Source of the DNA: Octopus sinensis
Taxonomy: Eukaryota
Reading direction: 5' to 3'
DNA length: 21,754 nucleotides
NCBI RefSeq assembly: GCF_006345805.1
Contig: NW_021823625.1
Location: forward strand, 1 to 21,754
The translations under genes were made by a program, and so were the position numbers. The notes below the pieces were generated by a model. It was not told the DNA's origin. It worked only from the letters and a program-made list of their open reading frames with translations, and ran no database searches. Shown one piece after another: positions 1 to 10,820 of this stretch. Every line of letters starts with the position of its first letter. Position 1 is the stretch's first letter.

Positions 1-54
1 ATTCCATTAGCTCTTTCATCCTTTTTACACGCACACACACATATGCATATATCT

Positions 55-175
55 ATACGAGTGTGTTTTTGTGTCTATGTTTGTTTCCCCATCACTACTT
101 AACAACCGGTGTTAGTGTGTTTACATCCCCCGTAACCTAGTGGTTCCGTAAGATAGACCGATAGGATAAGCACCG
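55..175 (+). mobile_element. Fragment of the 3' half of a CORE-type SINE (same family as 9368-9811), truncated at ~175
   Basis: GTGTTTACATCCCCCGTAACCTAGTGGTTCCGTAAGATAGACCGATAGGATAAGCAC matches the reverse complement of ~9465-9590 (GTGTTTACGTCCCCGTAACATAGCGGTTCGGCAAAAGAGACCGATAGAATAAGTAC). Homology stops abruptly at ~175. Confidence 0.85.
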
Positions 176-460
176 TTTCTTCCGTTTTTTTCCGTCCTTG
201 TTTTCGTATACATTCGCTGCTTTTTTCCAATGAATCTAGTGCGCTTAGCTTAGTTTTTCCTTGGGGCTGGCGAGATTGGAACAATCTCCACTATAACCAG
301 CCGAAATTGCAAAGATAATCTGGAACTCAACTGAAGAAAGAAAACTCCGAATGACCCGGCTTTGTTTTCTTTGTATCGTCTGTCTGAACGTTTTGTTATC
401 TCTTTTGTATCACCTAACTGTCTGGCTGTTTTGCGTTCTTGTCCCATTTTTGTATGTTAT
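176..460. mobile_element. Probable interspersed repeat of undetermined class interrupting the SINE
   Basis: Starts exactly where SINE homology ends and has T-rich flanks. It resembles a common octopus repeat from memory. No coding homology recognised. Confidence 0.4.
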
Positions 461-576
461 TAGAGGTAATGGTGTCAGGTAATGCTGAATAAGTGCTATA
501 GACAAACCATAGTTAAGTTTCAGGTTCGGTAATTTTACAAATAAGGGGTTCAACGTTGGTTATATGTCAGCGGGTG

Positions 577-742
577 TATATAAGAATTTTTTGCGTAATG
601 AGATAAAAAAAAAACCCAAGGGTGTGTAGATATTAGAACATTTATAGATAGAAAGATTTATAGATTTATAAGATTTATCTATAAATGTTCTAAATCTACA
701 AAGCCTTGGTTTTTTATCTCATTACGCAAAAAATCTATATAA
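577..742. repeat. Imperfect inverted repeat, ~70 bp arms and ~25 bp spacer
   Basis: Left arm ATTTTTTGCGTAATGAGATAAAAAAAAAACCCAAGGGTGTGTAGATATTAGAACATTTATAGATA (to 650) versus reverse complement of 676-742 ATTTTTTGCGTAATGAGATAAAAAACCAAGGCTTTGTAGATTTAGAACATTTATAGATA. Confidence 0.93.
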
Positions 743-760
743 TATATATATATATATATA

Positions 761-962
761 ACGGGAAGCTTTATGAAGCAACAAAAGACGAAGGCAGGTG
801 GAAAACAAACGAACAATTTTATTAGTATGGCGCTCAGGAAATATATAAAAAACGTCTTTAACGTTTCGAGCCTACGTCTTCAACAGAAAGATACACAGAG
901 AGAAAAAAACCAGAAAGAAGGAGAGAAAAAAAATGCGTGCAGTAGCTAACGAATCAACATGG
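761..962 (-). mobile_element. Putative Penelope-like pseudo-LTR fragment embedded in (TA)n
   Basis: Flanked by (TA)n on both sides. The minus strand carries a minimal hammerhead-like motif followed by AATAAA, a layout typical of PLE pLTRs. Confidence 0.5.
855..891 (-). ncRNA. Degenerate minimal type I hammerhead ribozyme-like motif
   Basis: Minus strand reads UCUUU-CUGUUGA-agacguaggcuc-GAAACGUU-AAAGA. Stem I is UCUUU/AAAGA and stem III is the palindromic ACGU. The core has A6>U versus CUGANGA and stem II is imperfect. Confidence 0.45.
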
Positions 963-1427
963 ATATATATATATGCTTGTTTGTGTGCCTCTGTCTATGT
1001 AGCACCATTGAATTTCCAAGAGTATTCTAGTATTAGCAATATTGATATATCATTGAGTGCATTCGACCACGTAATCTAGTCCCTTTTGCTTTGAGTACGA
1101 AAAAAGATATTACTTGCGTAAAACTTCGAGATCTTTATCCATATAATTAATAAAAACCGTAAGTTAATTTTAAGTTATTTTAAATTTTATTTTGACGATT
1201 AGAGTACTTGCAAGTTTCCATAAGAAATTATAAATGCATTGAGATTTCGACTGCTAACGAATAATGGAGTTTAAGAGGCCGATACATAAACAGCAACTTG
1301 CGATTCTCTACAGCACCGGGACAATGGTATCAAATGACCATAAAATACTAGAGACATTTGTCTCTCCAAGACATGCTACATCTCGAGACAGAATATGGTA
1401 TGTGTGTATGTATGAAAGCGTATAATT

Positions 1428-1792
1428 ACATACAAATATACATACATACAAACATACATACATACATACATACATACATACATACATACATACATACATA
1501 CACACATATAAGCGCTACACTGCGTAATGCATAAACTTTGCCATAACCAACAGGGCGTTCATCTGAAATTAAGGTATATCTTCATAACTTTCTCATTCCT
1601 TCATTCACATAAAGCAATATCTATGTATGTATATATACGTTACCATATATAAATATATATACACACACATACTTATGTACATATGTATACGTATATATAT
1701 ATATAATATATATATATATAATTATATATATATATAAATATGTGTGTGTAAAGAGATAGATAGATAGATAGATAGATAGATCAATAGATATA

Positions 1793-1848
<56 letters not shown>

Positions 1849-2117
1849 ATAGTTGTAGGGAGACAGAAAAACAGATACATGTGCATGTACATAGATATGC
1901 ATATATATTCAAATATATATATTTGTGCGTTTATGTTACGCATGTGCATGTGTGTGTGCGTGTGCGTGTGTGTGTGTGTGAGTGCGTGTGTGTGTGTGTG
2001 CGTGTGTGTGCGTGTGAGTTTAACGTACATGCTCCCCTGATACTGTGCCTATCTGAGTGTTTGTGGTGTGAATGAGTGTGTGTGTATGTGTGGACACTGC
2101 GTAAGTGATATACATAT

Positions 2118-2165
<48 letters not shown>

Positions 2166-2217
2166 TGCAAATATGTGTATGTGTGTGTACGTGTGTGTGT
2201 ATGTGTGTGTGTGAGTG

Positions 2218-2264
<47 letters not shown>

Positions 2265-2270
2265 ATGTGT
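1428..2270. repeat. Compound microsatellite region: (TACA)n, (TA)n, (GATA)n, (TG)n, (CT)n
   Basis: Direct reading: (CATA)n ~1440-1500, (GATA)n ~1755-1846, (TG)n ~1945-2016, (TA)n ~2121-2161, (CT)n 2219-2260. Confidence 0.95.
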
Positions 2271-2777
2271 GCATTTATGCCTGCTCTTACAATCCATCCG
2301 TTACCTACTAACTGCACAATCCAAGAATTTCCGCTCAAGATATCGAGCTGAACACTTTGGCGATGTTTGATGAATTGCGCCATTATGACACTAGTTTTAA
2401 CTCCGTAATCATATGACTAACTTCCCCACATGGCAATCAACCAATTAAAAAGCGGCTATTATATGCAATTTAGTTTTGGCCGACTGATAGATCTAATAAA
2501 CCATAAGATTATATTTACTGATAAACGTATAATACTCACAATTTTACATGTTGTAAATTATTTGCTCCGTATTACTTCGTATGGCATTGAGTGTGATGCT
2601 AGAAATTTGTCACAGTCATTCCATCTAGAATTCCATGGTTTGGTCAAATAGAGATTAATCAGCCGTTTAAAGCTTTCAAGATCTTCCATTGTCTCTTTAT
2701 CTCCTGCTCACCTTCTTCCGTATCTTCTTTTTCTTTCTTTTACGAAAGTGTTTCCTTCGCTTTTTCTCTCTCCTCTC

Positions 2778-3054
2778 TCACCATCCACACACATCACACA
2801 CGCACACACACATATATATCTGTGTGGATTGAATATATGTGTGTATGAGGAACGTATGGTGAATTTCATTTAATGGCGGTGCCCCACAATAGTTGGATAG
2901 AAGAAGCAGATAAATGCATACATGCATACACACAAATATATGCACATACGAACATATTAATATATATATATATATATGAATATATGTGTATATGTATATG
3001 TGTATATAAATGTGTGAGTGTACACACATACATACACACAACACACACACAACA

Positions 3055-3105
<51 letters not shown>

Positions 3106-3230
3106 GCATAGTCATTTGCTCATTGTAGAAAGTGGCTATACCAGTAAGAGGCTTAATAGAATTTCTACCACGGGGCCTCGGATTACTACATAGCTCTGAC
3201 CATCATCATCATCACTCATCATCATCATCA

Positions 3231-3279
<49 letters not shown>

Positions 3280-3288
3280 CATCATCAT
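2778..3288. repeat. Microsatellites (CA)n/(TA)n and (CAT)n(TAT)n
   Basis: Direct reading: (TA)n ~3057-3102 and (CAT)/(TAT) ~3201-3288. Confidence 0.9.
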
Positions 3289-3299
3289 TGGAAGACGCC

Positions 3300-3446
3300 T
3301 GGTTCAAATTTCGCCGGGGTTGATTTTACCTTTCATTTTTTCATGGGTCGAAGAAGTAAGTACCAGTTGTAAGTACCTGGAGTCGATGCAATCGAATAAC
3401 CCCTGTCCCAAAATTTCAGGCCTTGTTCCTACGGAGAAAAGGATAA
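3300..3446 (+). mobile_element. 5'-truncated tRNA-derived SINE (same superfamily as 5121-5537)
   Basis: B-box GGTTCAAATTTC, then CCTTTCAT..GGGTCGA..AAGTACCAGT, then the tail AAATTTCAGGCCTTGTTCCTA. Confidence 0.85.
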
Positions 3447-3998
3447 TTTTTTTTTTGTTGCTCTTTGTTTTTTTTTTGTTTTTTGCAACAGAATGGACTC
3501 ATCTAAAGGACCTAATGCCCAAATTGAACTGAGGTCTATATGAAGACTACTGCTTCAATATGATATAGCATTGTATTGTGTTAGTTTATTGTCTTAAATT
3601 CGTAACGTATAATCATCGTTAAAAAGAGTAATTGTAATTCCTCTATATTCATTGGCCCTTGACTAGCTACGCAAAGATGGACTCAGCTCCGACAACCTAA
3701 TATACTATGGATGATTTTTAGATCAATTTCCAACACAAGCATTGAACTATGAGTGCGTTGCATCATATGTAGTAGAAACAGTTGTAAAGTAATGAAGTTG
3801 ATGATATAATCTTTTATTCCTTTGTCATTTTAATTACTAATCACTGCTATGTACTCGACAGGCGCTTTTTTTTTCTGAAGACTATGTATATTGAGTTCTA
3901 ACATCAGGTTATCAGTATCGCTATGCCGAAGCGAATCTTATTTATATCTTTTATGGAATTCAAGTCCTTTTGCTATTGAAAAAGTTAAATTGCTTATA

Positions 3999-4241
3999 CA
4001 GTAATCCCTCGACTATTGCGGGTGCTACGTTCCAAACCATCCCACGATAGATGAAAATCTGCGAAGTAGAAACGGTACTGTACTATATTTTTTTTAATTT
4101 TTTTATAATTTGTATATATTTATTTTATTATAAATACAAAACACCACCATAATCGACATAAGCTTAAATAATAAACTGCGATAGGTAAACCGTGATAGGT
4201 AAACCGCGATAGGTGAACCGCGATATGGTTAGGGATTACTG
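3999..4241. mobile_element. Non-autonomous Tc1/mariner (pogo/Tigger-like) MITE, 243 bp
   Basis: TIRs CAGTAATCCCT (3999-4009) and AGGGATTACTG (4231-4241), extending imperfectly to ~24 bp. TA flanks at 3997-3998 and 4242-4243. AT-rich interior with AAACCGCGATAGGT-like subterminal repeats. Confidence 0.92.
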
Positions 4242-4324
4242 TACACTCTTCTTATTACCCATTTGTATAACTAATTATTCTAAATACAGTTTCCGGTTTA
4301 CAGTGAAAAAACATACTTGTTTTT

Positions 4325-4430
4325 AAACGGCTAATCAAATCATAATATAAGGCATTGGAAGCTCGACCTGATTTCAATAGCAGCCAAATCATCAAATGTT
4401 ATCCTGCTGTCTAAAAAAAAAAAAAAAAGA
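4325..4430 (+). repeat. Remnant of an old dispersed repeat (AATAGCAGCCAA family)
   Basis: GGCTAATCAAA...AATAGCAGCCAAAT is shared with ~13925-14020 and, more weakly, with ~11000-11060 and ~18470-18545. Confidence 0.55.
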
Positions 4431-4599
4431 AAATGAAAGTTGATATATTCTTTTTCTCTGGTAAATTTACCTGATGGCTACGGGTCTACTTTACCAAGCC
4501 GAAATGGGGCGAAACACCATCATCAATAACGATCTCGACAAGTCTACCTATTAAAATGATGTACGAAAAATTGTAACTCTTACAGAAAAGACAATATTA

Positions 4600-5650
4600 G
4601 AGTGATGGAAGCAGGCTGTTGAATTTGATGCTAAGTGATGTCACAGTAATGCGCCGACTCCAGCATTCTAAAAGGAGAGGTTGGTAAAAAGCCAAGCTTC
4701 AGTTTGAATTTCGTGTCTATCCCTCTCTATGGTCATGAACTTTGGGTAATGTTCGAAAAGATGCGATCGCTAATACATGCGACCGAAACAGGGTTTCTCC
4801 GAAGGAGTAACGTTACTCGATAGCATGCAGAGCTCTGAGATCAGAGAGTCTCTCCAGATTGGGTCGCCACTTCTCTGCATTGATAGGTCACAACTTCAGT
4901 GGGACGCACATGTGATAAGAATGTTGCAGGAAAGAATTGTAAGACGGATTCTTCCAACCGAGCCGACCGGCAGGAGACAGGATTAAACAAAGAATGAAAT
5001 GGTTGGAAAATATCTATAATCTCAACTGGTCACGCTTGGGAATTCAGCTCGTAAATGTAATGGTTATTGCTTCTAATAGGACCAAATGGAAGAGGTGCAC
5101 GAGGACAATATCCTCACATCACCAAGACGGCGAGCTGGCAGAAACGTTAGCACGCCGGGCGAAATGCTTACCGGTATTTCGTCTGCCGTTACGTTCTGAG
5201 TTCAAATTCTGCCACGGTCGACTTTGCCTTTCATCCTTTCGGGGTCGATAAATTAAGTACCAGTTACGCACTGGGGTCGATATAATCGACTTAATCCGTT
5301 TGTCTGTCCTTGTTTGTCCTCTCTGTGTTTAGCCCCTTGTGGGTAGTAAAGAAATAGGTATTTCGTCTGCCGTTACGTTCTGAGTTCAAATTCCGCCGAG
5401 GTTGACTTTGACTTTCATCCTTTCGGTGTCGATAAATTGAGTACCAGTTACGCACTGGGATCGATGACGTAATCCCTTCACCTGTCCTTGTTTGTCTCCT
5501 CTATGTTTATCCCCTTGTGGGCAATAAAGAAATAAGAAATATCCTCACATCCTTTCCAGGAACAGTCCGTAGAAAAGGCGGATAAATGGATGGATGGATG
5601 GATGGATGGATGGATGGATGGATGGAAGGATGGATGGATAGATGGATGCA
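4600..5650 (+). mobile_element. 3' end of an RTE-clade LINE (Rex3/Expander-like), frameshifted and interrupted by a SINE dimer
   Basis: Peptides LYGHELWVMFEKMRSLIHATETGFLRR (from ~4725), GVTLLDSMQSSEIRESLQIGSPLLCIDRSQLQWDAHVIRM...PTGRR and KWLENIYNLNWSRLGI resemble the RTE ORF C-terminus. Ends in (GGAT)n at ~5587-5649, as Rex3/Expander-type elements do. Confidence 0.88.
5121..5537 (+). mobile_element. tRNA-derived SINE: full unit plus head-less second unit, flanked by a 14-bp TSD
   Basis: A-box-like TGGCAGAAACG, B-box GAGTTCAAATTC, central GCCTTTCATCCTTTCGGGGTCGATAAATTAAGTACCAG. The second unit starts at GGTATTTC (5357). Direct repeats AATATCCTCACATC lie at 5107-5120 and 5538-5551. Confidence 0.95.
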
Positions 5651-5689
5651 TTGGGGAGGCAATGGAATGTTAACATGCATTATGATATT

Positions 5690-6008
5690 CAATGACGTTT
5701 TGAGTTCGATACCCACAAAGTCCTACTTTATCTTTAAAACTACCGGGGTCGATGAAATAAAGGATGATGAATTGTAGGAGATTTAATCGACTAGGTTGGT
5801 TGTCTATGTAAAAAATCATTTTGTCTTGTGTTATATAAAGCGTTCTGGTTTCAAATCCCAGTAAGGTCTACTTATCCAAGGGGTGGATGAAATAAGAAAT
5901 AAATAAGCACTGAAAAGATCGATATTAAGTGATTGATTTTATCCACCCCCCACTACTCTTCTCCAAAATATGTGACCTCGCGCCTATCAATATCAGAGAT
6001 CAATATTA
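5690..6008 (+). mobile_element. Two highly degenerate SINE remnants (~5690-5795 and ~5840-6008)
   Basis: ACGTTTTGAGTTCGATACC...CGGGGTCGATGAAATAA...TAATCGACTAG and CGTTCTGGTTTCAAATCC...GGGGTGGATGAAATAAG resemble the SINE at 5121. Confidence 0.65.
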
Positions 6009-6432
6009 GGTAGACGTAAATGAGTAGGAGAGGGCATAGATAATCGATAAGGTAAAGGCGGGAAGAGACTGGGTAGAAAGAAGAGAGATTTGCGACTAAT
6101 ACGGTGTAGGTTGGAAAATTTGGAGTTGGTGTGGCAGTCGAAGGAAGAAAAGTTTTGAAAAATTGATAATGAATTTTCATAACTTTCTCCGCGTATATCA
6201 CAATTTCACGGATGGGGTGGTGGTGGTGGTGGGGAGACGGTAGGGGGGGAGGGTTCAGGCGTTCACGTGACTAGACGAAATCTTCCGAGCGAAAGTGCTC
6301 TAATCAAAAGGCAATTGTCAAAGGAATACAACTGTATATTAACTCTTAGATTGGTTTTTACTCGACTCTCTAATTACATTAATCTTTAATAAGCTTCTCA
6401 AGTGACTCACCCCCTTTTCTCTCTTTCTTTCA

Positions 6433-6437
6433 GACAC

Positions 6438-6477
<40 letters not shown>

Positions 6478-6996
6478 TACAGACACACACACACATACAT
6501 ACAGACACACACACATTGTCTCCCTTCTACGCTCGGTTTCATAACTCCTTCTCTTTCTCTCACTCTCTTTCTCTCTCTTTGTTACTCTCTCATTCTCTCT
6601 CGTGATACCTTCCCTCTCTCATTTCTCCTTCTCTCTTATACCCTACATACACACACACTCTCTCTTTCTCTCCTTCGGACTTTCTCTCTCCCCCTCGCTC
6701 TCCCTCTCGCACTCTCTCTCTCTCTCTCATTTCTCTCTGTCTTGTACTACTTCTTTCACTCTTTCTCTCTCTCTTCCGGTTTCTCACTCTTTCTCTTTCA
6801 CATTCTTTCTCTCTTTCTTTTACTTTTTCTCTCACTGTCTCTTTTTCTCTCTCTCACTTTCTCTCTCCCTTGAACTATATTTCTCTTTCTCTCTCTTTCC
6901 CTGCCTCGCTTTGCCTGCTTGTCCTCTCTCTCCTTCATCTCCATCCCTTTTTCATTCTTTCTCCCTCTAATTTTCTCTTTCTCTCTCATTATCTAC

Positions 6997-7035
<39 letters not shown>
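6433..7035. repeat. (CA)n followed by a ~500 bp CT-rich polypyrimidine tract
   Basis: Direct reading. The overlapping ORFs are R/E or S/L low-complexity artefacts. Confidence 0.95.
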
Positions 7036-7036
<1 letters not shown>

Positions 7037-7194
7037 TCCTTCATTATACACTCTCTCCTGTCCATTCACCAATATAATAACTGTCCCAATTGTTACAATT
7101 TTCTCTTAATATACAACTGATTATTACTGGCAATTCAATATATATTTCAATATTGAACACAGCGTAGAAATGTGTGTCAGCGTGCAAATCCCCT

Positions 7195-7201
7195 TATATG
7201 T

Positions 7202-7232
<31 letters not shown>

Positions 7233-7316
7233 CGTGCGCTGCGCGCGCGCGCGTGTGTGTGTGTGTGTTTTCGAATGACTGCACATCTGTGCGTGTGATT
7301 TTCTGAGATCACGTAC

Positions 7317-7366
<50 letters not shown>

Positions 7367-8277
7367 TATATATATATATATATATCTATATATATGTATG
7401 TATGTATGTATATATATAGTATATACATATACATATATATATGTATAATGTATATATATATACATATAAATACATACATATATACATATACATACATATA
7501 TGTACACATATATACACATATATATATATATGCATATATATATATGTATAATTATATATATATATATGTATATACATATACATATTATATATGTATATAG
7601 GTATATATAATACATATAAATACATATATATATACATATACATACATATATGTACACATATATACACATATATATATATGCATATATATATATGTATATA
7701 TATATATATATGTATATACATATATACACACCCATAACGAGATATTTACTCAGGAAGTTCCATATATATTTGTCTGTGTACTACTTAGCACGAGAGAATG
7801 TATGATTGCTTGTACATACCTATATACACACACATACACACATATGACATACATAGATATATATTATATGTGTATCTGAATTTATGTATACACACACACA
7901 TATATATATATGTGTGTGTGTGTGTATGCATATAATATATATAAATAGATAAATAGATAGGTAGATTGATATAGATATAGACATACATATACATATACAT
8001 ACATATATATATATATTTACTTTATTGCTATATAAATGTATATAAATATATAATGATGTGCATTTATGTAGTATATATGTAATTAATCTGATATGTAGAT
8101 TAAATATTATATATGCATGTATATAATTATATCAATTTATATATTATATATATATATATATATAAATGTACACACGTATGTATGTATAACTACCTATACA
8201 TCTACCTAACTCAACCCTATATATATACATAATCAAGCAAACACACACACACACTCTCTCTCTCTCTCTCTCACACA

Positions 8278-8358
<81 letters not shown>

Positions 8359-8360
8359 CA
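7195..8360. repeat. Compound (TG)/(CG)/(TA)/(CA) microsatellite field
   Basis: Direct reading. Confidence 0.95.
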
Positions 8361-8921
8361 CTCAAGAGTAAAGAACATCATTAGTTTCTACTAACGTCAA
8401 CTCTCAATAGATTTCTGAAATTCCATGTAAACACCGCCAGTGGTTCCAGAACACCCATCGTCTCCGGTTAACTGTTATTCCGATGTTAACACTAATTTCT
8501 AGACAGTTTTCTAAACAGACACTATAATATAGGGGAAAGTTCCACTATGTTCGTGTTAAGTTCGACTATCTATAGATCACCACTTTATTTTTTATTTTAT
8601 TATTTATTTTATTTATTTAGTGTTTGTTAATAACTTTATCGATATTGTTAGATTGTTGAATAATGTTATGGCTTAATTACACAGATTTTCAGTTACCAAA
8701 TCTGTTTGTTTGTTTGCTTGTTTGTTTGTTTGTTTGTTAGTGTGGGAGGTTGTGTCTATGTTTGTTTGTTTGGATATGGGTGTATATGTATGTGTGTTTT
8801 CTATGTAAGATGTGTTAATGCAGATGGCCATACGTGTGGTTTTTATGTTGGCAGGTTTGTGTGAATGTGTATGACTGAATGTGTTTGTGTACAAGAATTT
8901 ATGTGCGTGTTTCTATAGCAA

Positions 8922-8983
<62 letters not shown>

Positions 8984-9367
8984 ATGTGTTTCATGCGGCA
9001 GTATACATAGGTACGTATTTGCTACTATGAGTATATGTGTATGAATATTTGTGCACCTGTATAGTGTTTTGTACAGATATTTGAGTACGTATGTGTGCGT
9101 GTTAAGTATATGCATACGTATATATATATATGTGTGTGGTGTGTGTGTGTGCATGTGTCTGTGTATGTGTTTGTGTATGTGTGTTTTAGATGAACGTGCA
9201 CGTGTCGGCGTGAGAGTTCATGTAACGGTCTGCGTATATTTGTGTATATTAAGGTAGAATGCGTGAGTACACGTGTTTGTGTGAGTGTGTGTGTGTGCAT
9301 GTTTGTGTGTGTGTATGTGTGTGCATGAATGTTTGTGTGTGTACGCGTGCGATTTCATGTAGTAGTT

Positions 9368-9587
9368 TACTCCTTTACTTGTTTCAGTCATTTGACTGTG
9401 GCCATGCTGGAGCACCGCCTTTAGTCGATCAAATCGTCGCCAGGACTTATTCTTTGTAAGCCTAGTACTTATTCTATCGGTCTCTTTTGCCGAACCGCTA
9501 TGTTACGGGGACGTAAACACACCAGCATTGGTTGTCAAGCGATGTTGGGGGGCACAAACCAGACACAAAACATATACACACACATAC

Positions 9588-9647
<60 letters not shown>

Positions 9648-9811
9648 CGACGGGCTTCTTTCAGTTTCCGTCTACCAAATCTACTCACAAGGCTTTGGTC
9701 GGCCCGAGGCTATAGTAGAAGACACTTGCCCAAGGTGCCACGCAGTGGGACTGAACCCAGTAACATGTGGTTGGTAAGCAAGCAACTTATCACACAGCCA
9801 CTCCTACGCCT
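9368..9811 (-). mobile_element. Full-length tRNA-derived CORE-type SINE with an internal (TA)n expansion
   Basis: Minus strand: AGGCGTAGGAGTGGCTGTGTG (A-box region), GGGTTCAGTCCC (B-box), CORE-like ACCTTGGGCAAGTGTCTT, internal microsatellite, and tail ending GACTGAAACAAGTAAAGGAGTA. Confidence 0.92.
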
Positions 9812-10173
9812 AATTTGTATGGGTTTCTTGTGTACGTTGGTGTACAATTATGTGGTATGCATGTATGCATGCGTATGTGTGTATGTGTGTATTTATACAT
9901 GTATGTACGCATGTATGTATGTGTGTGTGTTTATAGGATTATGTATATGTGCATATGTGTATTTAAGTGTAGTATGTTTATGCGTGTGAATGTGTGTATG
10001 TTTATGTGTATATACTTGACATGATGGACGAGTGTTTTCTACCATAGTCTTGAATCGACTTAAGATTTGCACATGCAATTAAGTAGACAGAATCTGTGAA
10101 GCATCCTGTCAGATGGTCTGTACCTGTAATTCAAAAGGCCAGTTTTATGGTACAAGGTGTCACTGATTCTGCA

Positions 10174-10375
10174 TCAGTTCTAACAATGACATGTTTAATA
10201 CATATATTATGAGAGGAGAAATTAGTTTCAAGCTAAAATTACTAAAGCTGTTAAGAAAATCTTATCTAATTACATGCAGTACGTGTTCATTGACTTATTG
10301 AGATAAAGCGAACCCGTCATCTCTATACAGGCCAGTTTCGAGATGATTTATTTTTGTTTTTACGTATATCTGTTG
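10174..10375 (-). pseudogene. Short Penelope-like RT relic (catalytic motif region)
   Basis: Minus strand translates GLYRDDGFALSQ*VNEHVLHVIR*DFLNSFSNFSLKLIS. Diverged paralog of 14458-14665. Confidence 0.8.
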
Positions 10376-10409
10376 AATACTCAGTCATTTTGCATTATAT
10401 TTTAAGGAA

Positions 10410-10820
10410 CAGGCGAACTGAGAGAATAGTTAGCACGTCGGTCAAAATTTCTTCTAGTTGTTTAGCAAAATGCTTAGCGGTATTTCGCCGGGCGAAATGC
10501 GTAGCCGTATTTCGTTTGGAATTACGTTCTGAGTTCAAATTCCGCCGAGGACGACTTTACATCTCATCCTATCGGGGGTCGATAAATTAAGTACCAGTTA
10601 CCCACTGGGGTAGATCTAATCGACTTAATCCATTTGTCTGTCCTTGTTTGTCCTCCCTCTGTGTTTAGCCCCTTGTGGGTAGTAAAGAAATAGGTATTTC
10701 TTCTTGTTCTTTACGTTCTCAGTTCAAATGTCGCGGAGGTCGATTTTGCTTTTCATCATTTCGAGGTCAATAAAATAAGTACCAGTTGTTCATTGGAGGA
10801 TCGATGTAATCGACTTCCTC
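10410..10820 (+). mobile_element. Older SINE with a younger SINE (10487-10692) nested inside
   Basis: The diverged head ends ...TGCTTAGCGGTATTTC. The young copy GCCGGGCGAAATGC...TAAAGAAATA follows, then GGTATTTC again and the continuation of the diverged copy (TTCTTGTTCTTTACGTTCTCAGTTCAAAT). Confidence 0.85.

Noticed and set aside
328-362. CTGAAGA...CGAA hammerhead-like motif
   Set aside because: No GAAA box and no convincing stems.
2280-2700. Unique sequence with a 73 aa ORF
   Set aside because: No recognisable homology or splice structure. A non-coding function cannot be excluded.
4459-4520. CTGATGG...GCCGAAATGGGGCGAAAC ribozyme-like sequence
   Set aside because: The core does not match CUGANGA and I could not build a hammerhead or HDV fold.
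5127-5215. tRNA gene (A and B boxes)
   Set aside because: It is a SINE head with no cloverleaf and continues into the SINE body. The same applies to ~9735-9811.
8361-8580. Unique island with an NF-kB-like GGGGAAAGTTCC and a short minus-strand ORF
   Set aside because: A single motif and a ~25-codon ORF are expected by chance.
1308-9989. Many ORFs of YI, HT, CV and RE dipeptides
   Set aside because: Dinucleotide microsatellite artefacts.
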